From Octopus vulgaris (Eukaryota): a stretch of 64,000 nt of DNA. Below the pieces are notes generated by a model. The model worked only from the letters and a program-made list of their open reading frames with translations. It made no database searches and was not told the origin of the DNA. The DNA lies in assembly GCA_951406725.2 (NCBI GenBank), contig OX597820.1, positions 55,118,001 through 55,182,000 on the forward strand, read 5' to 3'. Within the stretch, counting starts at the first letter, position 1. Each line of letters starts with the position of its first letter. Made by a program: the position numbers and the translations under genes. Positions 25,848 through 37,854 of this stretch are shown here, one piece after another.

Positions 25848-25939
25848 GTGAGTATGTTCCTTTAGCGGTATTACTATCATCATCATCATTGTTTAACATC
25901 TGCTTTCCATGCTGACATGTGTTGGACGATTTGACTGAT

Positions 25940-26785
25940 ATTATTTATATTTGACGGATATTTGTCCTCATCTTGTTTGTTGTTAACACATTGTTTCGGC
26001 TGATATACCCTCCAGCCTTCATCAGGTGTCTTGGGAAAATTTCGAACCTGGGTTCTCATTCCTAAGGTACTTTTCGATGTTGTTGTTATTATTCAGGTCA
26101 CTTGGAATCTTGGGGTTAGTAGCCTGCACTCTTAACCACTATGCCATATGCCCATGAGCAATTATGGAGTGAATTTTAGGACTTATAAATCTAATATTTT
26201 CTTATCCTTCCTTAATACTGGTTCCTATATGCTACTCATATCTGCACTCAGTCTGCTTAGGAGGTTGTTGTGTCCTAGCATATATGCTGCTTCTTTTAGT
26301 TTTCGTATTTTCCAGTGGTGTTCTCTGTCTATTATTTTAACTTCATCCCACAGGGAGAAGTGGTCTCCATTTTTCCATACATGATCAGCTATACCTGATT
26401 TATCAATATCTCCTCCTTTTGAGGGGGCGGCATGTTTCGCCTTTGTATAACCTACCACAGCTGCATGGGATGGAGTACACTCAGTCTTTGGGCATATTCA
26501 CTTCTAATGGTGGTTTTAATCGGAGGAAATATTTGCAAAGTGTTTTATTACTCTTGAATACTGTCCTGATGTTATATGGGCCGCATATCTTTTGTATCTT
26601 TTCAGAGAGGCCTTTCACATAGGGTAGACAGACTGTGGACAGTTTATTGGTTTCATCCTCTCTTTTCTTCATAATTGGAATGGATAGTATGTTTTGGGGG
26701 TAGTTGTTACTTAAAAGATTGTTACTGAGTTTGATAATTTCTTCATGTTCTGTGTCACGATCACTACTTATATTCTTTGCTCAAC
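25940..26785 (-). mobile_element. 5'-truncated Penelope-like element (GIY-YIG endonuclease and 3' pLTR)
   Basis: LPYVKGLSEKIQKI, YSIPCSCG and KSGIADHVW...VKIIDREHHWKIRKLKEA are typical of PLE C-termini. A hammerhead-like motif lies in the 3' region. Confidence 0.85.
25984..26030 (-). ncRNA. Minimal hammerhead-ribozyme-like motif in the Penelope pLTR
   Basis: Minus strand: ACAC-CTGATGA-A-GGCTG(GAGGGTATAT)CAGCC-GAAAC-AAT-GTGT. Intact core boxes, stem II and stem I; stem III is degenerate. Confidence 0.65.
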
Positions 26786-27944
26786 TTCAACTTTAATCCT
26801 TTTTTCTCTCCAACACTGTTAACCGTTCACCAATACGTCATGCTGTTCCTCAAAAAAGGGAGACAAAAAAAATCGTCAAATTTAGCCTAAACACACTGTG
26901 TATTGTCCCCACCGTTATCTGGTCTCATTATCTCCCTTCTTTGTTACCTGCCATGCAACTATATTGTCAGTGTAGAAGTGAAATGGCTGAGTGGATATGC
27001 CATTGCACTACTAACTCAGTAGTCTCAGTGATCTTTGGTTCAGATCTATTGCAGGCATTGATGTTATTGTTTTTGCCCAGGCTGTCTCTGATCTAACAGA
27101 TCTATCATTAAAGGTGTTCTACCCATGACCGACATAGGTTTTCATTTTTTTTTCATTTCCTGTAGCTGTAATGTATACAGTGTGTCTTCGTCATATTTTT
27201 CATCATGTCCTTTCTTTTTTAAGGTGGCAAGGTGTGGTTTTTGGGGAAATTCACATGCTGTCTCTAGTATCTCAAATGACCATGTAAGCACTTGATAAGA
27301 CACTAGGATGGAACACTTAATTCTGTATTGTCACAATTAATCTGTTTAAAATTGATAAAAAAATTTTGCCTTTTAGTTTATTATGATATATCACCATTGT
27401 CATTATCATGGTTATGTCTGCATTTTCCATCTTAGCATGGGTTGGATGAGATTTATTGAGGCATGTTTTTGTTGAATATTGGAAATAAATTAAATTCATT
27501 TACAACAATCACATAATATGAAGATAAGGAGATACAAACATACATACACTCATGCTCTCACATACATACAATGGTGTTATAGTAGAACACATTTGCCGAA
27601 GGTGCCACACAGTGGGATTGAACCTGAAAAGATTAGGTTGGCAAGCAAACTTCTTAACCATACTGCCATGCCTGCACCCATGTGTATATGTATATACATA
27701 TGTGTTTGTGTGTATTAGGCGTGGGCATGTCTGTGTGGTTAGGGAGCTTGCTTCCTAGCTACATGGTTTCGGGTTCAGTCCCACTGCGTGGCACTTTGGG
27801 TAGGTGTCTTCCACTATAGCCCTGAGCCGACCGGAGCTTTGTGATTGAATTCGGTAGGTGGAAGTTACTGCCGTGTGTGTATATGTGCATATAGCTGCTC
27901 AGTGCCTCTCCGAAAGAGAGAGAGAGGGATATATATATATATAT

Positions 27945-28830
27945 TGACACTTGTGAAGACCTGTGAAGACCTGTTGAGGCAAGTGAAAATCAAATCAAAT
28001 CAAATCAAAATAGATGAACATCAATGGAATTTGTATCTTGTGGTACCAGTGCCGGTGGCACACAAGAAAACCATCCGAACGTGGCCGTAGCCAGTACCGC
28101 ATCGACTGGCCTCCGTGCTGTGGGCACGCAACAAACACCATCCGATCGTGGCCGTTCGCCAGCCTCATCTGGCACCTGTGTCGGTGGCACATAAAAACAC
28201 CATCCGAAGACCCGGCAAGACTAGTCAGGCCATAACCCGTGGCCCCTACCTGGGACGTAGTCAGTCCACCTGTGCATACCTTCCTTCTTGTGACACTTGT
28301 GAAGACCTGTTGAGGCAAGTGAAAATCAAATCAAATCAAAACAAATCAAAATAGATGAACATCAATGGAATTTGTATCTTTGTGGTACCAGTGCCGGTGG
28401 CACACAAGAAAATCATCCAAACGTGGCCGTAGCCAGTACCGCATAGACTGGCCTCCGTGCTTTGGGGACGTAACAAACACCATCCGATCGTGGCCGTCCG
28501 CCAGCCTCATCTGGCACCTGTGTCGGTGGCACATAAAAACACCATCCGAGCGTGGCCGTCTGCCAGCCTCGTCTGGCACCTGTGTCGGTGGCACATAAAA
28601 ACACCATCCGAGCGTGGCCGTTCGCCAGCCTCGTCTGGCACCTGTGTCGGTGGCACATAAAATCACCCACTACACTCTCGGAGTGGTTGGCGTTAGGAAG
28701 GGCATCCAGCTGTAGAAACACTGCCAGATCTGACTGGCCTGGTGCAGTCTTCGGGCTCCCCAGACCCCAGTTGAACCGTCCAACCCATGCTAGCATGGAA
28801 AACGGACGCTAAATGATGATGATGATGATG
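27945..28830 (+). mobile_element. Young family C element with a tandemly duplicated 5' block and 62-66-bp hairpin modules
   Basis: 27945-28208 is repeated from about 28291. CpGs are retained, there is a (GAT)n tail, and a close relative lies at 40345-40735. Confidence 0.85.
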
Positions 28831-28867
28831 ATATATATATATATATATATATATTGTTTTTCTACAG

Positions 28868-28993
28868 AACTGTCCAAACTATTACTGGAGAATGGTGCTG
28901 ACATCAATGCAGTTGATGGTAATGGTGACACGGTGCTACATGCTGCAGCTTATGGCAACAGTTTTGATTTGGTGAAGCTTTTCATTGAATTAG
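28868..28993 (+). CDS. ASB-like gene exon 6 (ELSKLLLENGADINAVDGNGDTVLHAAAYG...)
   Basis: TCTACAG acceptor, G|GTAAGT donor, canonical ankyrin repeat. Confidence 0.95.
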
Positions 28994-30685
28994 GTAAGTC
29001 TTATCATTTTGCCCTCTCCTTACACATCATACTGCTTCTGTCAATTCATTATCTCTCTTTCTCTGTGTCTTGCCACACACACATCTCTAACTGTAAGGCA
29101 GCCAAGATAAATTCCCTGAAGAAGAAAAGAGCCCACCATAGAGCAGAGTCTAATCTAGCCAACAAATGAGTGAGATTACTATTGCAATGTCTGCAGCCAG
29201 ATCAGAAAATCCCATATAGTTCTGAATTTCCACATGAGACAACACAGCAAACCATCAAATTAAGAACACTGCAGCTGTGTCCTGCTGAACTCTCATTTGT
29301 CAAAATGATGAAAGAGTATATTCAGTCAATGTATAAATGTCCTAGAGCTACCACACTGCCTTGTCCTTGTTATGTCATTTTATTTACATATATATATAAT
29401 GTGTGTATGTATATATATACTTTTTTTTATTAAAGTTGTGAAACATCACAAAAACTGTCCCTCAGAGTTTCATATTTCTGTTGTGATCACAATTTTATTC
29501 CAGTCTTGATCATAACTGTCCAATGAACAGAAATGTGAAACTCTGAGTAACAGTTTTTTGTGATGTTTTTGCAGCTTTAATAAAAAAAATGCATATTACT
29601 CTACCTTTGGTATTCAAGTACTATTTTTCCCACCTTGTTCTGCATTTATGTGCTTACTCGTGTGTGTGTGTGTGTATACACACACGCACACACACACACA
29701 TATATATATAATGGATAAGAATACATCAAAATAGCATATAATAGATACAGGCAATTAGTGCTGAGACTGGATCAGATGCCTAAAATCCAATGTCTACAGG
29801 TAACGTACCAGTTGAGCTAATGAAAATATAATAAAATAAAAGATGGACAAGTGGTTGTTAAATGCTTGTCCACTATTAGTGCTTGGGAGGGATTGAGCCA
29901 AGAATACGACATGCATAAGATTATGTCAAAAAGGTGTATAACAGATATAGACAATTAGTGCTCAGACTGGATGAAATATCTAAAATTCAACATTGAGCTT
30001 TAGGTATCTGGTCTGATCTGAGCATTAATTTATATAGCTCTCAGAAATAGGTACCAGATTTCTGGTAACGTTAGCTGTTATAGTTTGATACATTATTTCA
30101 GCTGTAGATTTGCCTTCCATTTATATAACACCATAATACCACAGCTAAGGTGCATTCTTTAAGATTCCCTTAGGGATTAAGGTGGCATAATTCTTACTTT
30201 CATGTGAAATTATTTGATCTTGTCATTCCTTTGACCAAAGTATCCAGTTTGTCTAGTGCTCTGCCATTGATGTATTTTTTACTCCATTGGTAGTAATACT
30301 AGTAGTAATAGTAGTAATGGTTGATTTCATGGGAGTATTAGTACTGTTGTTTAGCCCCCTTAACAGTGTCAATCTCTGTGATTCACAAAGATCTTGAGAA
30401 AGCAATTCTCTACCATTGATTTATCTGCTCTGCTGGTGTCAAGTAAGTGGAGCTTGAGATATCTTAAGTTGTTACTTCTGTTTTGCTCCAGTGAGCCCAC
30501 AACAAACAACCCAATGTTCAAAGGCTTTTTAAGCCATGACCACCCTCTATTTTCTTACGCATTGTGTACCCTGGACCGTTCTAACTCATAAATTGTATAA
30601 GATGAGTGTGATTTGAGAGAGAGATTTAGCTGTTATTTCTAGTATGTCATGCAATATATGTTATGTTTATCTAATTTTTTTGAAG

Positions 30686-30759
30686 GTTGTGATATTAACA
30701 AACAGAATGATAAAGGAGAAACAGTTCTGTGGCCAACAATTTCTTCATCAAATTTTCAG
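30686..30759 (+). CDS. ASB-like gene exon 7 (GCDINKQNDKGETVLWPTISSSNFQ)
   Basis: TTTTTTTGAAG acceptor, CAG|GTAAGC donor, phase 1-0 fits both neighbours. Confidence 0.9.
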
Positions 30760-32419
30760 GTAAGCTTTATTTTTTTACAGTGCTTTTATTCTTTTTGTCT
30801 TTTACCATATCAATTTATTTATTTAAATAACTGGCAATAACTATTTATGTTGCTGCCATTGTTTAGCTCTAGCTCAACTCTAACTGAGCTGATTAAAAGT
30901 ATTCTATTCATCACCATTCTGCTGCTTTTTTTAAGTTGGTAGGATGTGATCTAAGGGAAATTTGTCTGCTATTTCTAGTGGATCTAGTGTTCACATAGGG
31001 ACTTTCTCATTGGCTTGGATAATTTTATTTTACAAGCTGGTGAAATGTATCCATATATTTATTTCACAGCTGGTGAACTATGACTTTTCTAGTTAATGAA
31101 ACTGCTGTTATGCTTTCATGTGCTTGTTACATGTCAATGTGTGTTTGTGTGTGCATATATATATAAAGCTTCTGGATGAGCTTTCTCATTTGTGTTAGGT
31201 TGGAAATCCTTGGAATTGCCAATCTCTGCAGATGGAGTCCTTAGCGTAAAAGAAATTAAGGTCCAACTTCTGGGTTGCATTTTAGGTACCCATGTCTGTT
31301 TGGTATGCATTCCATTTCACATTGGCTATATCCTTTGTTAAGTCTCTTTTGTATGAGCACTGAGCAAGGTATGTTTATCTGCAGTTTTGTAATCCTGATT
31401 GTTGCGATTGTTCTTTAGGCAAGAACAAGAATTGTTTGCAAACAACAGAAATAGTAGTTTTGTTGCCTTTATTGTGTGGTGCAGGTCTCACAATCATACA
31501 GGAGCACATTGAAAATATCTGTTATGGTTGCATAGGCCTTGATTTTAATGTTGGTAGACTGATTTTATTTGTTCTACACGAAAACATGGGACGAAATATT
31601 TTAAGGCTATTCTCAAGATGCTGAGCTTTATGAAGGAAATGACTAAGAACTGAGATATCTGGTGCATTGCTGTACTCATGAAGACCCATCTGTCACAACA
31701 GAACTGATATCAGTGCTAGTGTCATATAAAAAGTACTGGTGCTGTGCCACTTAAAAAGCACCTAGTACACTCTGTGAGGTGGTTGGCATTAAAGAAGAGT
31801 ATTTAGCCATAGAAACTATGCCAGAGCAGACAATGGAACCTGGTGTGTCCCTTGGTCTTATCAGCTCCGGTGAAACCGTCTAACCCATGCCAGCATGGAA
31901 AATGGATGTTAAATGATGGTGGTGGCAGTGGCAGTGAGGATGATTGTGTAGCTTTCTGAAAGTTGTGATTACATTGCATATGCATGAAGTCATCCTGCAT
32001 CAAGTAACCCTGTTTTCCTGATGCTGGCTGCAAGATTATTGGTATGAATTCTGCAGCTGCATTACCTGTGTATGAATCCATCCCTGCAACTAGAAACCCT
32101 ACTTTTCTGTGGCTTGCTACAAGACTATTGAAAGCAATCCACAACAGATAGAGAGATGTCTTGCTGTGTGATGCCAAGTAAAATGTGCATAGCGAGTCTT
32201 ATTCCAGTTTATACATATTGTCAGACTTCAGTTAATTGTCATTGGATGGAAGTTATTTAGAATGCATGAAGAATACATGTTCAGGCCACACTATTGTACA
32301 TTACTACTGTTATAGGGATGAGAGGATAATGGTACACTCTTCCGATGTGACAAGTTGTATGAGATAGTCACTATAAGTAGGAGAGTATGAGACAGTATGA
32401 TGGAATACATAGTAGGTGA

Positions 32420-34040
32420 TGAGAGATAATCGTGTCTTTACTGGTTTTACTAAGTATACTGTATACTGAAGTGAGCATTATAATAACCTGACATTTTAAG
32501 GATTGTAGTAGTGTCAACGAGGATTTAAATAATTCACTAGGAATTAATAAACGCAATGAGGATTTAAACAACTCACAAAGAATTAATAAACTTGATGAAG
32601 ACAAACCAATTCACGTGGAGTTAATAGAAACTCTAAGATGAGTTAATGAACTCAAAAAGTTGGTGTACAAATTTTATGAAAAATTGTAAAAGTATGGAAA
32701 ATTTATTGGCAGGTTTGCTCAAGTTACAAAAACAGCAACAACAACAGCAGATACAACTGCAAGAGCAACAACAGAAGCAACAACAACAACAAATGCTGCA
32801 ATTATTGAAGTCGTCAGTAAAGTCAGAAAAGTGTTCTTGACAAACTGTGTCACGAACTCCCTAACAGAGTTCAAATACAAACCTGACGAAGGAGTTACCT
32901 TTGAAGCATACTACAGAAGATATGAGTAAATTTTCAAGAAAGAATGTAAAGATTGGGACGACGAAATGAAAACATGCTTAATTTTAAGAAAACTGGCAGC
33001 AGCAGAACATGAGCGTTACAGCAATTATGCACTCCCAAGAAAACCTTTGGACATAAACTTTAAAGACACAATAGATATATTGTGTAAAATTTTCAGTGAA
33101 AAAAGCTCATTGTTCAACACACATTGGAAGTGTTTGAACCTAGAGAAAAATAATGAGGACTACATCACATGTTTGTAGAGTAAACAGGGTATGTGAAAAG
33201 TTTAAGCTGGATGAATTAATGCCAGATATGTTCAAATACCTGATTTTTACACAGCGACTTACTCCCAAAAAGGATGCAGAAGTTAGAACTAGAATTCTAG
33301 GAAGTAACCCTACTGCAAGTTTCAGAAGAATGTGAAAGGATAGTCAAATTAAGACACAACACAGAGGAAATTGAATGGAAAGATTGTTTCCAAGTAAAAC
33401 AAGTACAAAGTAGAGATAAAGTACGAATAGAGATAAAGTATTTTCTAAAAAAACATGACAAAAATCAGGAAATAAACTCATGTTTTGCATGTGCAGGTAT
33501 ATACCTGAGGAAGAATTGTCCATTTAAAAAAGCGGAGTGATTTTTGTAGTGAAAATATAGAACATACAAAGGCGCACTGTAGACTGAAGATGACAAAACG
33601 TGAGAATAAAGGAAAACAAATAAATGGTATGTCATCTAAAGAAATTAATAATATAATGATGAGAAAATTTGTGATGGTGAAAATCAGAAATACAAGTGTT
33701 AAATGCAATTGGACACTGGTAGTGATATTACCATTATAAACGAAAAAACTTGGAAATATGTCAGTAAGCCGAAATTAATTAATTCTAGAAAGGTGGCACA
33801 TGGTGTTACGGGAAAAAAGATTATATTTTTTCGGTGAATTCATATGTAGTGTAACATTTTGAAGTCAAATGAAAAAGGCAAAGATATATGTGTTAAAAAG
33901 TTCACTTTATTTGGCACAGAGTGGATGGAACTATTCAAAGTATGGAATATGCCCATAAGTCTTTTGTGTGAAAATATAGTTGGTTCAGTCAAAGGTTCGA
34001 AGGCGGCTAAGGGACTGAAATAAAAAATTGCAGTAAAACA
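32420..34040 (+). mobile_element. Degenerate Ty3/Gypsy LTR-retrotransposon gag-protease fragment
   Basis: Poly-Q leader, FKYKPDEGVTFEAYYRRYE, LRKL...EHERYSNYALP..P, SLFNTHWKCL and the aspartic protease motif QLDTGSDITII. Many stops and frameshifts. Confidence 0.8.
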
Positions 34041-35019
34041 GAGTGGAAATAGATGTCAGATTCTCTCGCATCACTCTTTATTCTCTTAAAAAATGCTTTT
34101 CATCATAAATCTGCTCAGTTAAGACTAGCCTGGGATTTAACAAAATCACACCGATTACCACCACCTCTACCACAGTCACTGTTTTTATGCTAATATCATT
34201 TCTGTGAAGAAAATTCCACCATACAAACATGTGGTTTCCTGACTGGCCTCTGATAAAATATGTAGTTTATCATCTGTAATAGACTCTGGACTATGAGTGC
34301 AATAAATAGATTATTAATTGTTGTGACTATTCAGATGATAATGTCATCAGGCTTCATATCATGTAAGCCATTCATAACCCTAATCTTCATTTTAAAATAA
34401 TCACAATTTAATTGTATTTATATTTATTTTCTTTTTTGGGTTTATATTTCATTTTCTGGTTAATTTGACATTAATTGGTGTATGATTTGATCTGATGTCA
34501 TGTTTGCAGAGATTTAAATAATGGCCTGGAAGTAGCAGTCGTTATAATCATTTAAAAACCACTTGGAGGCTTGAGCCAATGAGAGATACTAAAAAGTTTC
34601 ATGATTTGCTAGAAATAAAAGTCACTTCTCATTTTAATCACACCTTACGGTTTAAAAAAATGAAGAAAGAACACATTAGACAATGTAATCTTAGAAAAAT
34701 ACAGGAAGGTGACAGCTGAAATCATCTTTAACATAGGTCTACTTGGTTAAGGCTAAAAGTTTGATTGTTAAATTCCCGTATTCTTTTTACTTTGTAATAA
34801 TGAGATACAATGAAGTGTATGTGGCCATGTGACAGATATACAGCAAAAAATATTTTAATTTGTAATAGTAGTACATGATAATAACAGAAAACAATGACAA
34901 AATAACATTGAATGAAATTATTGTTTTATGGTTAAGAAGAAGAGCCTATGATCTTTGCTATTCTTTAGTGAAATTGATCTCGTTCATATTTAGCTTCAAC
35001 ATCTGTAATTTGATGTCTG

Positions 35020-35370
35020 CAAGAAAGAATTCCATAGTGTTGACGTCTGAGTGCAAATGAATTGGACATAGTGTGGATACTGGAAGGGTGAGACTGAGTT
35101 TAGGTGATGATAAGAGAGATGTAGGATTGGGTTAGGTGGTATTGACCTATCTAGTTCAGAGTTAAAGCATATGTTGTAGTAATAATAGAATTAGCAGAGA
35201 AGAGCAACAGCATGTCTGTCAGCCAGAAATTGTTGTTTGTTGGTGAGTGAGTCTTTGATAATAAGCTAAATGGCCTCCTTTTCGATGTAGTCTAGAATGT
35301 TTGTGTGCATATCAGCACAGATGTAGGAGCAGTACTCCATTGTGGGTCATAACTGAGTTTTATAGATTTA
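35020..35370 (-). mobile_element. Decayed CR1/Jockey-like LINE fragment
   Basis: Minus-strand YKTQL.PTMEYCS remnant typical of the post-RT region. Confidence 0.5.
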
Positions 35371-36055
35371 TCAATCAATTAGAACTGGTCTTGTAAGAAA
35401 AAAGACTTCACAATACAGTTATAGTTTCATTATGTATTCTCTCTCTCTCTTTCTCTCTCTCAGGTATGACTGTGTAGTAAGAAGTGTGCTTCCTAACCAC
35501 ATAATTCTAGGTTCAGTCCCACTCTGTGACACTTTGGCAAGTGTCTTCTATTATAGCCGTGTGAATGGATTTCGTAGATGGAAACTGAAAGAAGCCCATC
35601 ACACACACATATTTCATATATATATATGTGTGTGTCCTTGTGCCTGTGTTTTCCCCATAACAATGTCACAACTGACGTTAGTGTGCTTACATCCCACATA
35701 ACTTAGTGTTTCAGCAAACGAGACTGATAGAATAAGTACTAGGCTTAACAAAAATAAGTACTGGAATCAATTCATTTGGCTAAAACTTCTTCATAGAATA
35801 AGTACCAAGCTTTGAAAAATTAAATTACTAGGGTCAATTCATTCAACTAAAAATCCTTCTAGGTGGTGCTCCAGCATGGCCACAATCTAATAACTGAAAC
35901 AAATAAAAAATAAAAGATGTTGGATCATCAGGGATTGTGAGGCTTAGCATTTATAGTAACTGTGAGAGTTTTGGTGGTGAGATATGAGGTATAAACTGTG
36001 ATTGTCTCTTTGTACTGATGACTACCATACTTACTGGAGTTTGATTGTATTCTAG

Positions 36056-36182
36056 ATAACAGAATATCTTGTGAAGCACGGAGCTGACATAAACTTGCAG
36101 GAAAAGACAGAAAAGATGACACCACTTCATATTGCTATTGCTGCACATAATATTAAAGCTGTTCGTTTCTTCATTGAATCAG
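36056..36182 (+). CDS. ASB-like gene exon 8 (ITEYLVKHGADINLQEKTEKMTPLHIAIAAH...)
   Basis: TTCTAG acceptor, G|GTACCA donor, phase 0-1, ankyrin consensus. Confidence 0.92.
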
Positions 36183-37595
36183 GTACCAGACATTCTCTCT
36201 CTTTCTCTCTTACATGTTATTTTCAGTTGTTTCCTCTCTATTTTTTTGTTCTTGTCTGCTACCTAAAAAACTCTTCATGTACTAGATTACCTGTGGCACC
36301 ATTTGTGTATGAACTAACATGGTAGCCTCTTTGTGATTGTTCAACTTGCTAGAAATAGCAATGAAATCTTGCTCAAATTACATCCTACCATCTTTATAAG
36401 ATGGAAGCTTACATTAAAAAGAGTAGCCCAGATTATTCTAAGCCTAGAAAAAATATATGTGAAATGGTCAGAGCTGGAATACTTTTTGAATGTTAGACTG
36501 CTCAAATCATAGCTGATTTGGAGTTATTTGTGTAGAAAATAGATGGCTAAGTGGTTAAAATATTGTACTATCTTCTCGTGAGTTCAAATCCACTGCAAGT
36601 AGTTCATTGTGATTTTGTGAAAAGCACTCTTGAATGTGTTTGTTTACCTAGCTGTGAGGAATAAGTACCAGATCATTTGGAAATGTCACCTGGTGTTCTG
36701 TCCAGTGATTAAGGTGGATAGATGGCTTATCACTGAACAACCTCTTTATGCCTTTCTTCCACCTGCTCATCCCAACTCCTTCCTCAGTGCTCAACCAGAA
36801 ACATTTGACAGTTTACTGTGAACGTTAGGTATGTTAACCTTATTAGCTTCTAAAAAATTAAGATAGTAGTTGTAAATAGCTACCTTCTCAATCACCACAA
36901 AACAACAAAAGAGCCACTACTCGGCTGTTTGAGACACTAGAAATAGTAAGGAAATCTCTCTCAAATTTCTTACTATTTAAAAAGATGAACTCATTAAATC
37001 CTAAATACACTAATGTCTGGCAAAAAAAAAAAAAAAAAAAGAATAAGATGGATAGTCACAACTAGAATGTCTGCTTTATCAAGACAGCTGGAATGATAAG
37101 AACAGACATGACTTGACTTTCTTATTGACCATGCACATGTTTTTTTGTTATTTACCAGTGTGCTGTTCATTGAGGGCTTTCACTTGTGATAAGTGTTACG
37201 TCACTTAATAGAACAATCACTAATAATTTGGCCATTGAATATGCTTTTATATGGTTGTAAAACATGCTGAAAATAACATCTATATAAATGACACTTTACC
37301 TTCTTTAAGAAATAAAAGGACATATTAGATAATTTAGTCTGATGTAAACTATATCTGAAAACATTAGATGGCCGTGGCTAAATTGCCTTTAATCATAGAC
37401 CAAGGACAACCTGGGTACAAACAAGGTGCCCTGTATCTCTTTATTATTGTTGAAGATGGCTACTATTCCATTACATGATGCTTCATCAGATAGCAAAAGC
37501 ACAGAAAATATATTGAAAAGAGGATATGCCATCTAAGAAAGGCTTTTCCAGTGTGTAATTTCAAATAATAATGGTGAAATACCCAACTTTGACAT

Positions 37596-37641
<46 letters not shown>

Positions 37642-37854
37642 GTTGCTGAAAAGTCCCTGGCTTTAAGGGTGTCACAATAGGCATAACCTTTTGATTTCTT
37701 TTATATGGCTTAGAAAAACTGAAGGACTGCTGCAATAAGTGTGTGAATTGGAGAGGATAATATGTTGAATAAAAACATAATTAACTGATCCTCCACTATT
37801 TTCTTTTGCCCAAAGCTAGAAACTTTTCAGCCTCCCCTTATATATATATATATG

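Noticed and set aside
31803-32290. 124-aa minus-strand ORF
   Set aside because: It is half SINE tail and half unrecognisable decayed sequence, with no supportable motif.
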